Of a stretch of 64,000 nt of DNA, positions 38,279 to 47,324 are shown piece by piece (position 1 is the first letter of the stretch; the number at the start of each line of letters is the position of its first letter). The stretch is from a bacterium. Its GTDB lineage: Bacteria; Patescibacteriota; Minisyncoccia; Ryanbacterales; GWA2-47-10b. The position numbers and the translations under genes were made by a program. The notes beneath the pieces were generated by a model. It saw nothing but the letters and a program-made list of their open reading frames with translations, searched no databases and was not told the origin of the DNA. The stretch is from the NCBI GenBank assembly GCA_027624915.1, contig JAQBTR010000001.1, positions 35,609-99,608 on the forward strand, in the 5' to 3' direction.

Positions 38279-38317
38279 TATTCTCCCTCCTGAAATGGAA
38301 ACTGGTAAAAAGTATAC

Positions 38318-38349
38318 CCAAAAACTCTTGACTAGTCAAGAATTTTTGG
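38318..38349. promoter_or_regulatory. 32-bp near-perfect palindrome forming back-to-back promoters
   Basis: CCAAAAACTCTTGACT|AGTCAAGAATTTTTGG; TTGACT occurs on both strands. Confidence 0.65.
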
Positions 38350-38388
38350 TAAAACTAAGAGTAGTAAGTACCAAGGAGTCTATTAGAC

Positions 38389-38679
38389 ATGGAAACTCCT
38401 GCCGCTCGAGGCACACTCCAAGAATTTGAAGCCGAGATAGAGTCTTATCTCAGTGAAAATTGCCTAAAGAATGAATCGGATGAAGTAAGATGTCGTTGGT
38501 GTTGGACGAAGACAGAATTCAAAGTCTGCTATGTCTCTATACATACGACAGCTTTTGATAATTGTTCTGGCAGTGGAAGAGTTAAACAGATACCCATTCC
38601 TTACTGTCCTAATTGTGAGACAGAGCCAACGCAAGATAGAAGCTGTGTTCATTTGAGTCCAGCTGAAGAGCTTTATTGA
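38389..38679 (+). CDS. Small Cys-rich (zinc-ribbon-like) protein
   Basis: CRWC...CPNC; SD AGGAG. Confidence 0.65.
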   Translation: METPAARGTLQEFEAEIESYLSENCLKNESDEVRCRWCWTKTEFKVCYVSIHTTAFDNCSGSGRVKQIPIPYCPNCETEPTQDRSCVHLSPAEELY

Positions 38680-38721
38680 GTCCAGCTTTGGGCTTTTTTT
38701 GTTTCAAGCTATACTACGGAT

Positions 38722-39504
38722 ATGACGACCTCTATATTATATGCGTTTGGTAGTGTGGTCATTGTTAGTTTGATTTCGCTCATTGGTTTATTTACCTTGT
38801 CGCTCAACGAGCGCATATTACGTAAATCAATTTTTGTCCTTGTAGCTCTTGCTGTTGGAGCTCTCTTGGGGGATGCATTTTTGCACTTGATTCCTGAAGC
38901 ATTAGAGGCAGACTCAACAGGACTCGCTCCACTATTAATAGTGGCAGGAATCCTATCATTTTTTGTTTTAGAAAAAGCACTCGGGTGGCATCACCACAGT
39001 GCTCACGATGAAGACTCTCACCATCACGCGAGAGAGGAAAGAGTGGGTCAGCCGGACATTCAACCAGTAGGAAAAATGGTTCTCATCTCCGATGGTCTTC
39101 ATAACCTCATAGATGGGATTATTATCGGTGCCAGTTTTTTGATTAGCATTCCTGTTGGAGTAGCATCTACTATTGCGATTATTCTCCACGAAATTCCTCA
39201 GGAGATAGGAGACTTTGGGGTTCTTCTTCATTCTGGATATACCAAGTCTCGTGCCTTGGTTCTTAATTTCTTCTCGGCGCTTCTAGCGGTACTTGGTGTC
39301 GTGATAGTTGTAGTCATGGGTGAAACTGCTCAAAAATTTGTTGAATATGTTATTCCATTTGCAGCTGGTGTCTTTATATATATTGCGACAGCAGACTTGG
39401 TGCCCGAGCTACACAAGCGACATTCGCAAGCAAGTACATTTTTTGAAACGGCGGCAGTTTTTGCAGGTGTGTTCATGATGTATGGACTCCTCTTTCTAGA
39501 GTGA
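38722..39504 (+). CDS. ZIP family metal transporter
   Basis: HLIPE, His-rich loop, DGLHNLIDG, HEIPQEIGDF. Confidence 0.93.
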   Translation: MTTSILYAFGSVVIVSLISLIGLFTLSLNERILRKSIFVLVALAVGALLGDAFLHLIPEALEADSTGLAPLLIVAGILSFFVLEKALGWHHHSAHDEDSHHHAREERVGQPDIQPVGKMVLISDGLHNLIDGIIIGASFLISIPVGVASTIAIILHEIPQEIGDFGVLLHSGYTKSRALVLNFFSALLAVLGVVIVVVMGETAQKFVEYVIPFAAGVFIYIATADLVPELHKRHSQASTFFETAAVFAGVFMMYGLLFLE

Positions 39505-39587
39505 GAGCAAAACAAGAGATCCCCTTGAAAAAACCTACAAAATGTTGTATGGTTTTTTTAGAATTCATCCCGAGACAGGAGTGGAAA

Positions 39588-41003
39588 TTGGATAAGTCTG
39601 CCCGTGGAAAGATCATATGTACTGATACAAGTACTATAGTTCACGATCCTCATGCAATCTTGCGTTTTGAAGAAAACGAAGTACGCCTTGATGCCGTCTC
39701 TGTCCAAGAGCTTGAAGCTCTAAAAACTAAGAAGTACGGCGCACGCGAAGCAATTCGTGTTCTCGATGAGCTAAAAAGGCGAACTCGAGACGCAGGTCTT
39801 GAAATCAAGGATGGAATGCCTACACCAGGTGGAGGTAGGGTTTTCTTTCACAACTATAAGCCACAATGGGATTTGGCCCCCAACTTTGAAAGAACCAATG
39901 ACCTCCGTATTGTTCTTGCAGCTCTTAGTATGCAAAAAAATACTAAAGAGTGTAATGGCCGTGAGGTTGTACTTGTTAGCAAAGACATTGCACAACGACT
40001 TACTGCTGAAATTCTAGGCGTTCGAGCCGAGGACTATAAGCATGACAGAACGTTTGAGAATTATGGAGATGTATACACAGGTCATCGGCAAATTGTTCTT
40101 CCTAATGGAGATGTAGGTAACATCTTTGGTCTATTGCCTCGTGAGAATTTTGTTTCGCTCAGTGCGGCTCAAGAATCTGTAGAGGATTCTATCGAAGACC
40201 TTCATCCGAATGAGTGTGTGACTTTTGTCCGCAGCGATGAAAGCAGGGCGTGTGCTATCTATGATGCAGGAGCCGAGAGATTTGTTCGGGTTCCGTTTAA
40301 ATACTCTGATCTTGAAAGTTATAACGATGGCAGGAAGAAGGGCATACGTCCCAAGACAGAAGAGCAGGGTTTTGCCCACACACTTTTGACCAATGATAAT
40401 ATCTCACTCGTTACTCTGATGGGAGTCGCGGGTTGTGGTAAGACTCTCATGGCATTGAATGCTGGTATCGAACAGATGTCAGGTTCGAATCAGAAATTCG
40501 AGAGAATAGTCGTCTTTCGTCCAATGGAAACAGTGGGGGAAAGCATGGGTTATCTTCCTGGCTCTGTTGCTGAAAAGTATGAGCCATGGACCGAGGCGGT
40601 TCGTGATCAGCTCGAAGTTATTTTTCAGCATGACATAAGACCAGATTATGATCATGACAAGCAGGGCACTAGGGGCGACATGCTTTTAACTTCGAAAAAA
40701 ATTGTTTGTTCGCCCATTACGTTTACTCGTGGGCGAACATTACGAAACACATTCATTATTATTGACGAGGCTCAAAACCTTACCCCACTCGAGGCAAAGA
40801 CCCTTGGTACTCGTGCGGGGACTGGCTCCAAACTTGTATTTACTGGAGATCCGGAACAGATTGATACTCGTAACCTCGATATATTGAGCAATGGCCTAGT
40901 GCATGCTGTTGGTCGCTCAATGGGTGCTGCCCACTATGGTCACATTCGCATGAGACGATCTGTACGTTCTGAGTTGGCTCAGTTCGTCGCCGATCGGTTC
41001 TAA
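39588..41003 (+). CDS. PhoH2-type PIN + PhoH ATPase (probable TTG start 39588)
   Basis: PIN DTS..HDP and VSKD; G.AGCGKT, GYLPG, RGRT, DEAQN, GDPEQID; SD AGGAG before TTG. Confidence 0.9.
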   Translation: MDKSARGKIICTDTSTIVHDPHAILRFEENEVRLDAVSVQELEALKTKKYGAREAIRVLDELKRRTRDAGLEIKDGMPTPGGGRVFFHNYKPQWDLAPNFERTNDLRIVLAALSMQKNTKECNGREVVLVSKDIAQRLTAEILGVRAEDYKHDRTFENYGDVYTGHRQIVLPNGDVGNIFGLLPRENFVSLSAAQESVEDSIEDLHPNECVTFVRSDESRACAIYDAGAERFVRVPFKYSDLESYNDGRKKGIRPKTEEQGFAHTLLTNDNISLVTLMGVAGCGKTLMALNAGIEQMSGSNQKFERIVVFRPMETVGESMGYLPGSVAEKYEPWTEAVRDQLEVIFQHDIRPDYDHDKQGTRGDMLLTSKKIVCSPITFTRGRTLRNTFIIIDEAQNLTPLEAKTLGTRAGTGSKLVFTGDPEQIDTRNLDILSNGLVHAVGRSMGAAHYGHIRMRRSVRSELAQFVADRF

Positions 41004-41061
41004 CCCCAGCAACACTGCTGGGGCTTTTCTTTTGTTTAAAAAAAGATGATAGCATTGAGCT

Positions 41062-41610
41062 ATGAGCTACGCGCATATTTGGAAAAAAGTGGTTAATTCT
41101 GACGAGCTTATTGTATATGAATTTTCAATCGGAAAAGGTTACATAACATACAATCTTGTCGTGTGGACATTGTTGAGTATGGCACTTATATTTATTCCGA
41201 TGGCCACAACGAGTCTTGCCGATAACCCAGCTATGCTATCTGTGAGCGCTGCTGGCTTTATTTTTTTTCTTTTATCTTTCTTTCATTTTGGTTTTTATCT
41301 TCGAATTGCTAATGCGTATGCTTTTACATCAAAACGAATCTTGATACACAGGGGTTGGTTTTCTACACATACGATAAGTATCCCGTACCACAAAATCACC
41401 GATGTTTCGGTGACAGAGTCTTTCATCGAACGAATTCTTACACGAACCGGTCAAATTTCAATCAACACAGCTGGAACCAATGTACATGAGATTCACTTGC
41501 GTCACATAACTAATCCTTATGAAGCAAAAAAAGAGCTAGATAAGGTTCGTGATCGATATAGACGATTGCACATGAGTGGCACGATAGCCGATCATTACGA
41601 GTCTCCATAA
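41062..41610 (+). CDS. Membrane protein with bacterial PH domain
   Basis: Two TM segments followed by YAFTSKRI...GW...I.DV.V..S..ERI...G.I.I.TAG. Confidence 0.8.
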   Translation: MSYAHIWKKVVNSDELIVYEFSIGKGYITYNLVVWTLLSMALIFIPMATTSLADNPAMLSVSAAGFIFFLLSFFHFGFYLRIANAYAFTSKRILIHRGWFSTHTISIPYHKITDVSVTESFIERILTRTGQISINTAGTNVHEIHLRHITNPYEAKKELDKVRDRYRRLHMSGTIADHYESP

Positions 41611-41632
41611 AAAAAGAACTCCCATTGGGAGT

Positions 41633-42217
41633 TCAAACATGACGTACACTTTCCTTGAGCCTTTGTAGTTCATTTATTTTTTCAAAAAGCGATGGAGTGT
41701 CTGGAGCTGCACGATTGACAGCCTTTTCTATTTCATGAAAATAGGTAGCCTTTTGCAATTCATCTTCCGAAAATTCTTGCCACCGTTCGAGTGATTCACG
41801 CTCTTCTTCAGAGTTTACTGGTGCATTGGCCCAGGCTGCTTGAGCCTCCTCGAGAGTGGTAATGGCGGCTACCTCATAGGCAGATAATTGTCTCCAGTGA
41901 GTGAGCGCTATTTTTTTTGCATCACATTTTTCGTCATCGGGCGCGCGTTCAAAAATAAATTTAGTTTCGTATATGTCTGTTGCTCTAAGAGCGAGCCTGG
42001 TTGATATTCGACACCACCTATCAAGGGCCTGTGTCTCTGCAACGCTTCCTTGAGGGGAGGTCATATGAACCATTTTTGCTTGAGCAAGTATCGAATACAG
42101 AGTGTAGTTACCATTATGTTTGGGCAGCGTATCCAGATTAATTTTTGCTGTATAGATGGCACGACAGCCATTTGTCAAAATTGTGATCAGTGCGATTGCT
42201 ACAAGCGCAAATTTCAC
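41633..42217 (-). CDS. Putative lipoprotein with ~39-aa helical repeats
   Basis: Lipobox-like TNGC; recurring L..W...S....A.....E......AP units. Confidence 0.65.
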   Translation of the reverse strand: MKFALVAIALITILTNGCRAIYTAKINLDTLPKHNGNYTLYSILAQAKMVHMTSPQGSVAETQALDRWCRISTRLALRATDIYETKFIFERAPDDEKCDAKKIALTHWRQLSAYEVAAITTLEEAQAAWANAPVNSEEERESLERWQEFSEDELQKATYFHEIEKAVNRAAPDTPSLFEKINELQRLKESVRHV

Positions 42218-42273
42218 CGTCTTATCTCCTATCTATATATAACCCTGCCAAAGAAAAAAAATACCCGCAAGGA

Positions 42274-42516
42274 TTATCCACTTGCGGGTTTGAGGGTTAT
42301 AGACCTGACGGTAAAATCTCCAATTGCTCGTGCGAGTTTGTGATTTTGTTCGACGACCAGTTTGAGGATGCTATCTGAAAGCTGGCACCCTTTAAATGTT
42401 GCCCAAGGCAAGAAGAAGAGCGCAACCACCCCAAAGGTGATGGTTTCTTCGTGCCCGAGTTGATGCTCAACGCTGACCTTTGTTAGGAGATCGAGCGCTC
42501 CTCCATGGATTTTCAC
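42274..42516 (-). CDS. Hypothetical protein
   Basis: TTTACA-N17-TATAGT promoter, SD AAGGAG, GTG start. Confidence 0.55.
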   Translation of the reverse strand: MKIHGGALDLLTKVSVEHQLGHEETITFGVVALFFLPWATFKGCQLSDSILKLVVEQNHKLARAIGDFTVRSITLKPASG

Positions 42517-42617
42517 CGTGTTAACTCCTTTCGGTGCATGGATTGAACCGCCCCTACTATACTATAACTGAGCCATTTTGTAAATAGTTTCAAAGCCAAA
42601 AAAAAGAGCAGTAATTA

Positions 42618-43019
42618 CTACTGCTCGTGAATTGCGAGGGTTGCTTCAACCCCATCGATAAGGGCTTGGAGGTATGCCATGGTATGAAGCGCTGATTCGC
42701 GTGCTTCTCTGTCGTCGGGATTTTGTCGTACACGATCTATGTGACGTGCCAGTTCAGATACGCTATGTGAAAATGAGCCCATTTGCTCGGCGTGTTGAGA
42801 AAGACATGTTGTCTTGTCAGATTCAGTGCTGGCCTCGATGACTTTTGTCATGCGACGGTCCAGGTCGTGGGCCACCTGATCATTTACTCGATCATGAAAT
42901 GCTCGAATGACATAGAGACTCTCTGGTCCATAGACCTGAGGTCTAAATGATACGATATTTGCTTCGCTCGCATTACAGATGGAGCGAGCCGAGTCTTCTA
43001 CTGCTCGTTCGAACGACAT
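42618..43019 (-). CDS. Hypothetical helical protein
   Basis: TTTACA-N17-TATATT promoter, SD AGGAGG. Confidence 0.65.
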   Translation of the reverse strand: MSFERAVEDSARSICNASEANIVSFRPQVYGPESLYVIRAFHDRVNDQVAHDLDRRMTKVIEASTESDKTTCLSQHAEQMGSFSHSVSELARHIDRVRQNPDDREARESALHTMAYLQALIDGVEATLAIHEQ

Positions 43020-43099
43020 CCTAACCTCCTTTTATCTAGGAGAAAATATACCATAAAAAACTTATTTTGTAAATAAAAGCACTTCCCGAGTAGGAAGTG

Positions 43100-43447
43100 T
43101 TATGAAATTGGCTTTCGCATGGCGGTCAAGATGATTTCTCGTAGCTGGTAGTTTTGAACACTAAGGTCTTTTCTTGTTGGCCTGGTACATTCTTCGGGGA
43201 CTGTGTCCTTGGGGATCTCTCCACGAATTGCACCATGAATAAGTTCTATGAGAACTCTATTTTCAAACATCAGATATTCTTCACAACTTTCATATCGCTC
43301 AATTTCCTCAGACTGACGTTTGTTACGTTCTTCCAAGTCTCTAACATCAGCCTCAAGTTCTTCCACTCGTGCACGGAGTTGGATTGTTTGTCTTACAGCG
43401 GCACTACCCCTTGGTAATTCGCTAGAGCTCCAAGCTGTTTTTTTCAT
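43100..43447 (-). CDS. Coiled-coil hypothetical protein (start corrected to 43447)
   Basis: SD GGAGG before the ATG; heptad LRARVEELEADVRDLEE. Confidence 0.6.
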   Translation of the reverse strand: MKKTAWSSSELPRGSAAVRQTIQLRARVEELEADVRDLEERNKRQSEEIERYESCEEYLMFENRVLIELIHGAIRGEIPKDTVPEECTRPTRKDLSVQNYQLREIILTAMRKPIS

Positions 43448-43477
43448 AGGTGCCTCCAAAAAAATTGTAACAAAAAT

Positions 43478-43521
43478 GCCCGGTTTGCGATACGACTATG
43501 CTAGTCGTTCGCAAACCGGGC
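43478..43521 (-). terminator. Long GC-rich hairpin
   Basis: GCCCGGTTTGCGA-T-ACGACTA..TAGTCGT-TCGCAAACCGGGC, followed by a T-run on the minus strand. Confidence 0.7.
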
Positions 43522-43528
43522 TTCAGCT

Positions 43529-43747
43529 TCAGTTCTTGGCGGTCTTCTTGCCGGCGCGAGCGCCACCGGCCTGCGAGCCACCGACGCCAGCGACCGGCGC
43601 ACCGCGCGTGACGCTGTCAGTCGGCTGGTTTCGGCGACGACGATGGGCGCGCTCCTGGCGACCACTCTTCCCAGAGTTGGCCTTGGGAGGGCAGTTGAAC
43701 TTTTTGTGCTCACGAGTTCCGGTACCACACTTACTGCAATGTGCCAT
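43529..43747 (-). CDS. Small basic protein with CCHC zinc-knuckle-like motif
   Basis: C-x2-C-x6-H-x4-C plus Arg/Gly-rich tail; SD AGGAGG. Confidence 0.6.
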   Translation of the reverse strand: MAHCSKCGTGTREHKKFNCPPKANSGKSGRQERAHRRRRNQPTDSVTRGAPVAGVGGSQAGGARAGKKTAKN

Positions 43748-43782
43748 TCTCTTCCTCCTTGGTTGGGCTCGCTACCGGCGAG

Positions 43783-44076
43783 CTAGTCTTTTCTCATCCC
43801 GCTGTCACCCGTTACTGGGTAGGGGATTTTTTGTTTCGCGATCGATACCCTGACAAGGGTGAAGACTGCGATGCTAACCCAGACCACCTCTAGGCCGACC
43901 ACCGGCCAGGCTGTTCTCACGTAGGCATGAAAGCCGTACGCGAGACCGCCTACGAGATTGATCCATTGGTACGAACGCCCAGTTGCCGCGACCTTCTCGG
44001 TCGAGACCAGGGCGTATGCAACGATGAAGCAAATGGTTCCGAACCACCCGACGTATTCGTCGAAAGCAAGTTGCAG
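43783..44076 (-). CDS. Small three-TM membrane protein (CBU_0592-like), probable CTG start
   Basis: GWFG....AY.L.S...YQWINLVG...WP...LEVVW; AGGAGG 6 nt before an in-frame CTG. Confidence 0.7.
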   Translation of the reverse strand: MQLAFDEYVGWFGTICFIVAYALVSTEKVAATGRSYQWINLVGGLAYGFHAYVRTAWPVVGLEVVWVSIAVFTLVRVSIAKQKIPYPVTGDSGMRKD

Positions 44077-44200
44077 GACACTCCTCCTGTCTGAGAACTG
44101 ATTTGTGAGCATATTAGCATGAAAATAAGCATTTGTCAATGCTTAGGAAAAGATGCAAAAAATATGTATTCTAAAAAAAGATAACGAAAGGAGGTGCGAC

Positions 44201-45058
44201 ATGTCTTACGTAGCTCATCATGCGACTATTCTCGCATCGTTCCTTGTAACATATGTTCTTCTTTATAATCAGATTCAACCCGGATTTATCTTGGCGTATT
44301 TAACGGCATTCAACATAATGCTTTTGCTTACACTCGAGCAATTGCTTCCGTACAAAAAGTCTTCGAGTCCGTTTAGCGACCAAGCGACACCTAGCGATCT
44401 AGGACATTTTCTTGTTTCTTCATTTGGCCGTGCAATCATCGGTGGCGGAGTACTCATGGTGGCCACCCTGCAAGGTGAAGGTGGAGTGTTTGGCATGTGG
44501 CCAAGGCATCTCCCATGGATGATTCAGTTCTTGATTGTAATCTTTGTATGGGAGGCCGTGGTGTATTGGAGACATCGGATTCAGCACGGAGTGTTCGGTG
44601 TCGAATATTTTTGGCCGATGCATGCGATTCATCACGATACGAAAGTTTTTCATACGTTCAAAGCTATTCGTGCTCACTTTTTGGACGACTGGTTCTCGTA
44701 TGGGTTTGAGGTTTTCATACCACTTGTTCTTGGAGCCCCCGTTGAGATATATGTTTGGGTCTACACCTGGAATATTAGCTTTGGCAACCTCACTCATGCC
44801 AATATTAGACAAGATAATCCAGCGTGGCTACACTATTTTTTGCCAACGATTCAGCTACATCAGTGGCACCACAAAGTAGATGGAATGAATAAAAATCTCG
44901 CAAACAATTTTCCGTTAATTGATATATTGTTTGGTACGTATCAACACCCAAGTACATACAAAAAAAGCGAACTCGGCTGCGGAATACCCGAAATGCCCAC
45001 CACTTTCTTGTGGCAGCTCTGGTATCCTGTTCGCCTGCTCAACCCATGGTCGACCTAG
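44201..45058 (+). CDS. Sterol desaturase / fatty acid hydroxylase family protein (start corrected to 44201)
   Basis: His boxes YWRHRIQH, HAIHH, H.N, HQWHH, D.LFGT; SD AAGGAGG. Confidence 0.88.
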   Translation: MSYVAHHATILASFLVTYVLLYNQIQPGFILAYLTAFNIMLLLTLEQLLPYKKSSSPFSDQATPSDLGHFLVSSFGRAIIGGGVLMVATLQGEGGVFGMWPRHLPWMIQFLIVIFVWEAVVYWRHRIQHGVFGVEYFWPMHAIHHDTKVFHTFKAIRAHFLDDWFSYGFEVFIPLVLGAPVEIYVWVYTWNISFGNLTHANIRQDNPAWLHYFLPTIQLHQWHHKVDGMNKNLANNFPLIDILFGTYQHPSTYKKSELGCGIPEMPTTFLWQLWYPVRLLNPWST

Positions 45059-45123
45059 TGTCGACTTTTTTGTTGTTTGGCGGCGACTTGATATTTTAAC
45101 CTTTTTATGCTATAAGTAGAGTT

Positions 45124-45687
45124 ATGAAAAAGCACATATTACCAGCTATTATTCTCTTTCTTTTGCTTTTGGCAGCAGCCGCCCTATTGATTGGGTACTT
45201 GCGAGCCGAGACAGAAGTAATTGATCCATTCGTACGAGTACAGGAATCCGAGGTTCGGATTCCAAATGATACAGAAGATATTTTTGTATCTCTCGATGAG
45301 GGTGTAGGACATTACATTGTTCCTGAGACTGGCGTTGTTGGTCACGTGTTGATTGGCGATGCACATGATTCTTGGAGCGGCGAGGAACATGAAGATCTTT
45401 TGGTTGTTTTCGATGTTAACGAAGATGGCTCAAGGACTAACACATTTCTTGTTGTTATCGATGTAGAGTCGGGCGACTTCACACAAGTTTCTGGTGTATT
45501 CGTTGGTAGTCGAATTGAGGTTGAGTCAGTAGAGGTTGTAACCGATACAGATTCAGAAGATTCAGATTACGAAGTACTAGTCAAAACACTTGTACGTCCT
45601 GCAGGAGCTTCATTCAGCCAACGACCATCAGTCGAAGTTGAGCGAGTATTCTCTGTAAAAGATCAAGAAATTAAAGAGATTAAATAA
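45124..45687 (+). CDS. Membrane-anchored acidic exported protein
   Basis: N-terminal hydrophobic helix and beta-rich acidic body. Confidence 0.7.
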   Translation: MKKHILPAIILFLLLLAAAALLIGYLRAETEVIDPFVRVQESEVRIPNDTEDIFVSLDEGVGHYIVPETGVVGHVLIGDAHDSWSGEEHEDLLVVFDVNEDGSRTNTFLVVIDVESGDFTQVSGVFVGSRIEVESVEVVTDTDSEDSDYEVLVKTLVRPAGASFSQRPSVEVERVFSVKDQEIKEIK

Positions 45688-45690
45688 GCT

Positions 45691-45727
45691 AAAAATCCCC
45701 TCCGACGTTACGTCGGAGGGGATTTTT
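45691..45727. terminator. Intrinsic terminator
   Basis: AAAAATCCCCTCCGACGT-T-ACGTCGGAGGGGATTTTT. Confidence 0.85.
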
Positions 45728-45741
45728 GTTATGCTAAAGAC

Positions 45742-46005
45742 ATGGGACTATTTTCAAGCGAACCAAAAATATCAAAACGTGAACTCGACGAGGCTCGTTC
45801 TACTTTGTTACGCAAGGGATTTAGTGATGCAGATGTTGATGCGGTCATGATGACGTTTCGAGGAGATATAGAAGAAGTAGATGTCGGCATAACAAAGCAG
45901 GAATTAGAGCGTGGACTTAAGTGGCTTCGTGACAACAAGTCACGCCATAGTTTGTCTGATTCGCAAATTGATACATTAAAGGAAGTATTAGAAAGTAAAT
46001 TATAA
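45742..46005 (+). CDS. Hypothetical protein
   Basis: Leaderless-type TATGCT-N6-ATG; helical composition. Confidence 0.7.
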   Translation: MGLFSSEPKISKRELDEARSTLLRKGFSDADVDAVMMTFRGDIEEVDVGITKQELERGLKWLRDNKSRHSLSDSQIDTLKEVLESKL

Positions 46006-46007
46006 AT

Positions 46008-46304
46008 ATGGAAGGATCACCAACATTTGAAGAAGATCAAGAAAGTACTGAGGCAGAATTTACTATAGAGGAGGGTGAGACAGAGCTTTCACCAGAAGGT
46101 GAGATTAGTCTGATACACGAAATGGTTTTGGAAGGCGAGCAAGCACTAAGAGATCTTGCTGCCCTAATTGAAGATCCTGATATTAACGACGATGAAAAAA
46201 GAGATGCACAACGCCAAGTGGGTATTGTACTAGCCGGAATGTCAGAATACGAAGAACTAATTGTTGAGCTTCAAAAGCCAGACCAAGAAGTAAAAAGTAA
46301 GTAA
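46008..46304 (+). CDS. Acidic hypothetical protein
   Basis: Starts 2 nt after the previous stop; Glu-rich. Confidence 0.65.
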   Translation: MEGSPTFEEDQESTEAEFTIEEGETELSPEGEISLIHEMVLEGEQALRDLAALIEDPDINDDEKRDAQRQVGIVLAGMSEYEELIVELQKPDQEVKSK

Positions 46305-46392
46305 GAAACGTTATATTCTATAACGTTTCTTGAAACTCCGTCACTCGCTCCAAATAAATACAAGCTTTTATTTGTAAGCTCGCTAGGAATTA
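46303..46392. repeat. Tandem hairpins, the second REP-like
   Basis: AAGAAACGTTATA-TTC-TATAACGTTTCTT, then CACTCGCTC-CAAATAAA...TTTATTTG-TAAGCTCGCT. Confidence 0.55.
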
Positions 46393-46407
46393 TAAAAATA
46401 CCCAGGA

Positions 46408-46599
46408 TTATTTTCCTGGGTGTTGCGTTCTGTCTAGTATTGTTCGGATTGTTTCTTTGGCCTCATGACATTGGAAAAATTCCTTTTTCATGACGGCCGT
46501 GTGTGCAAGGGCTGTTTTCACCGCAATTCGGATTTTTTGATCCGTATAACCTTTTTCGTACAAGAGCTCACGAGCATGCGTCGGACCTGTGATGATCAT
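46408..46599 (-). CDS. Small hypothetical protein
   Basis: ATGA overlap with the upstream ORF. Confidence 0.55.
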   Translation of the reverse strand: MIITGPTHARELLYEKGYTDQKIRIAVKTALAHTAVMKKEFFQCHEAKETIRTILDRTQHPGK

Positions 46600-46892
46600 A
46601 GAGTTTTATAAAGCTCAAATCCGTTTACTGGTCTCTCAAGGTCTGATTGTCCATCTGCACTGATGGATTTTTCGCGACAATTTTCACACGATTGAATATG
46701 ATCGAGTAACGCCCTAACTAGAGGGGTGATTGATGTGTGAGTCGAGGCTTTTTCAAATTGAGCCTCAAAATTCGCACACGTGACTTTCAGATCGTTCATC
46801 GCGGCCAGTAAATCAGAAGGAGTAATGGGATTAAAAGTACAACTTCTACGCCAAGTGCAGACACAAGGCATCTGTACATGGGGAAATCCCAA
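46596..46892 (-). CDS. Small Cys-rich hypothetical protein
   Basis: CVC..C and H...CENC; start codon uncertain. Confidence 0.5.
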   Translation of the reverse strand: MGFPHVQMPCVCTWRRSCTFNPITPSDLLAAMNDLKVTCANFEAQFEKASTHTSITPLVRALLDHIQSCENCREKSISADGQSDLERPVNGFELYKTL

Positions 46893-46994
46893 ATGCTATC
46901 GTTCATTCCAAACTCGTCGCGCTTGGTTTTCATGCCCACTCCTATTTCCGATAGGAGATTGCAACAAAAAACTTAATAAGTCAATCTTTCTTAT

Positions 46995-47288
46995 TTAAGC
47001 TTTTTGTTTTGGAGCTCTGCGCCCCCATTCGATAACACCCCAAATACGTTCGTGGCCATAGTAAAATAGTAGTTTTAATACAACCTCAAGTGCTCCGATT
47101 TCTGCAGCTATAGTTAGATTCCCAGTAAAAATCCAAACAAGAAAAAACGTTATAATTGTAGCAACTGCGCGCCAACTAACCGTTTTGATAATGCTTCGAC
47201 TCTGCGATTCTTTGCACTCACAAGGGCTTTTGTGTTTTATTTTCTGTGCGTCTTCAATTACTCTTTCGGGTGTAATGATATCATCCAT
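46995..47288 (-). CDS. DUF2061-like membrane protein
   Basis: RSIIKTVSWR...K...YYGHERIW..I.WG. Confidence 0.85.
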   Translation of the reverse strand: MDDIITPERVIEDAQKIKHKSPCECKESQSRSIIKTVSWRAVATIITFFLVWIFTGNLTIAAEIGALEVVLKLLFYYGHERIWGVIEWGRRAPKQKA

Positions 47289-47324
47289 TGATATGTATTA
47301 TAACGTAGCGTACGTGATACACAA

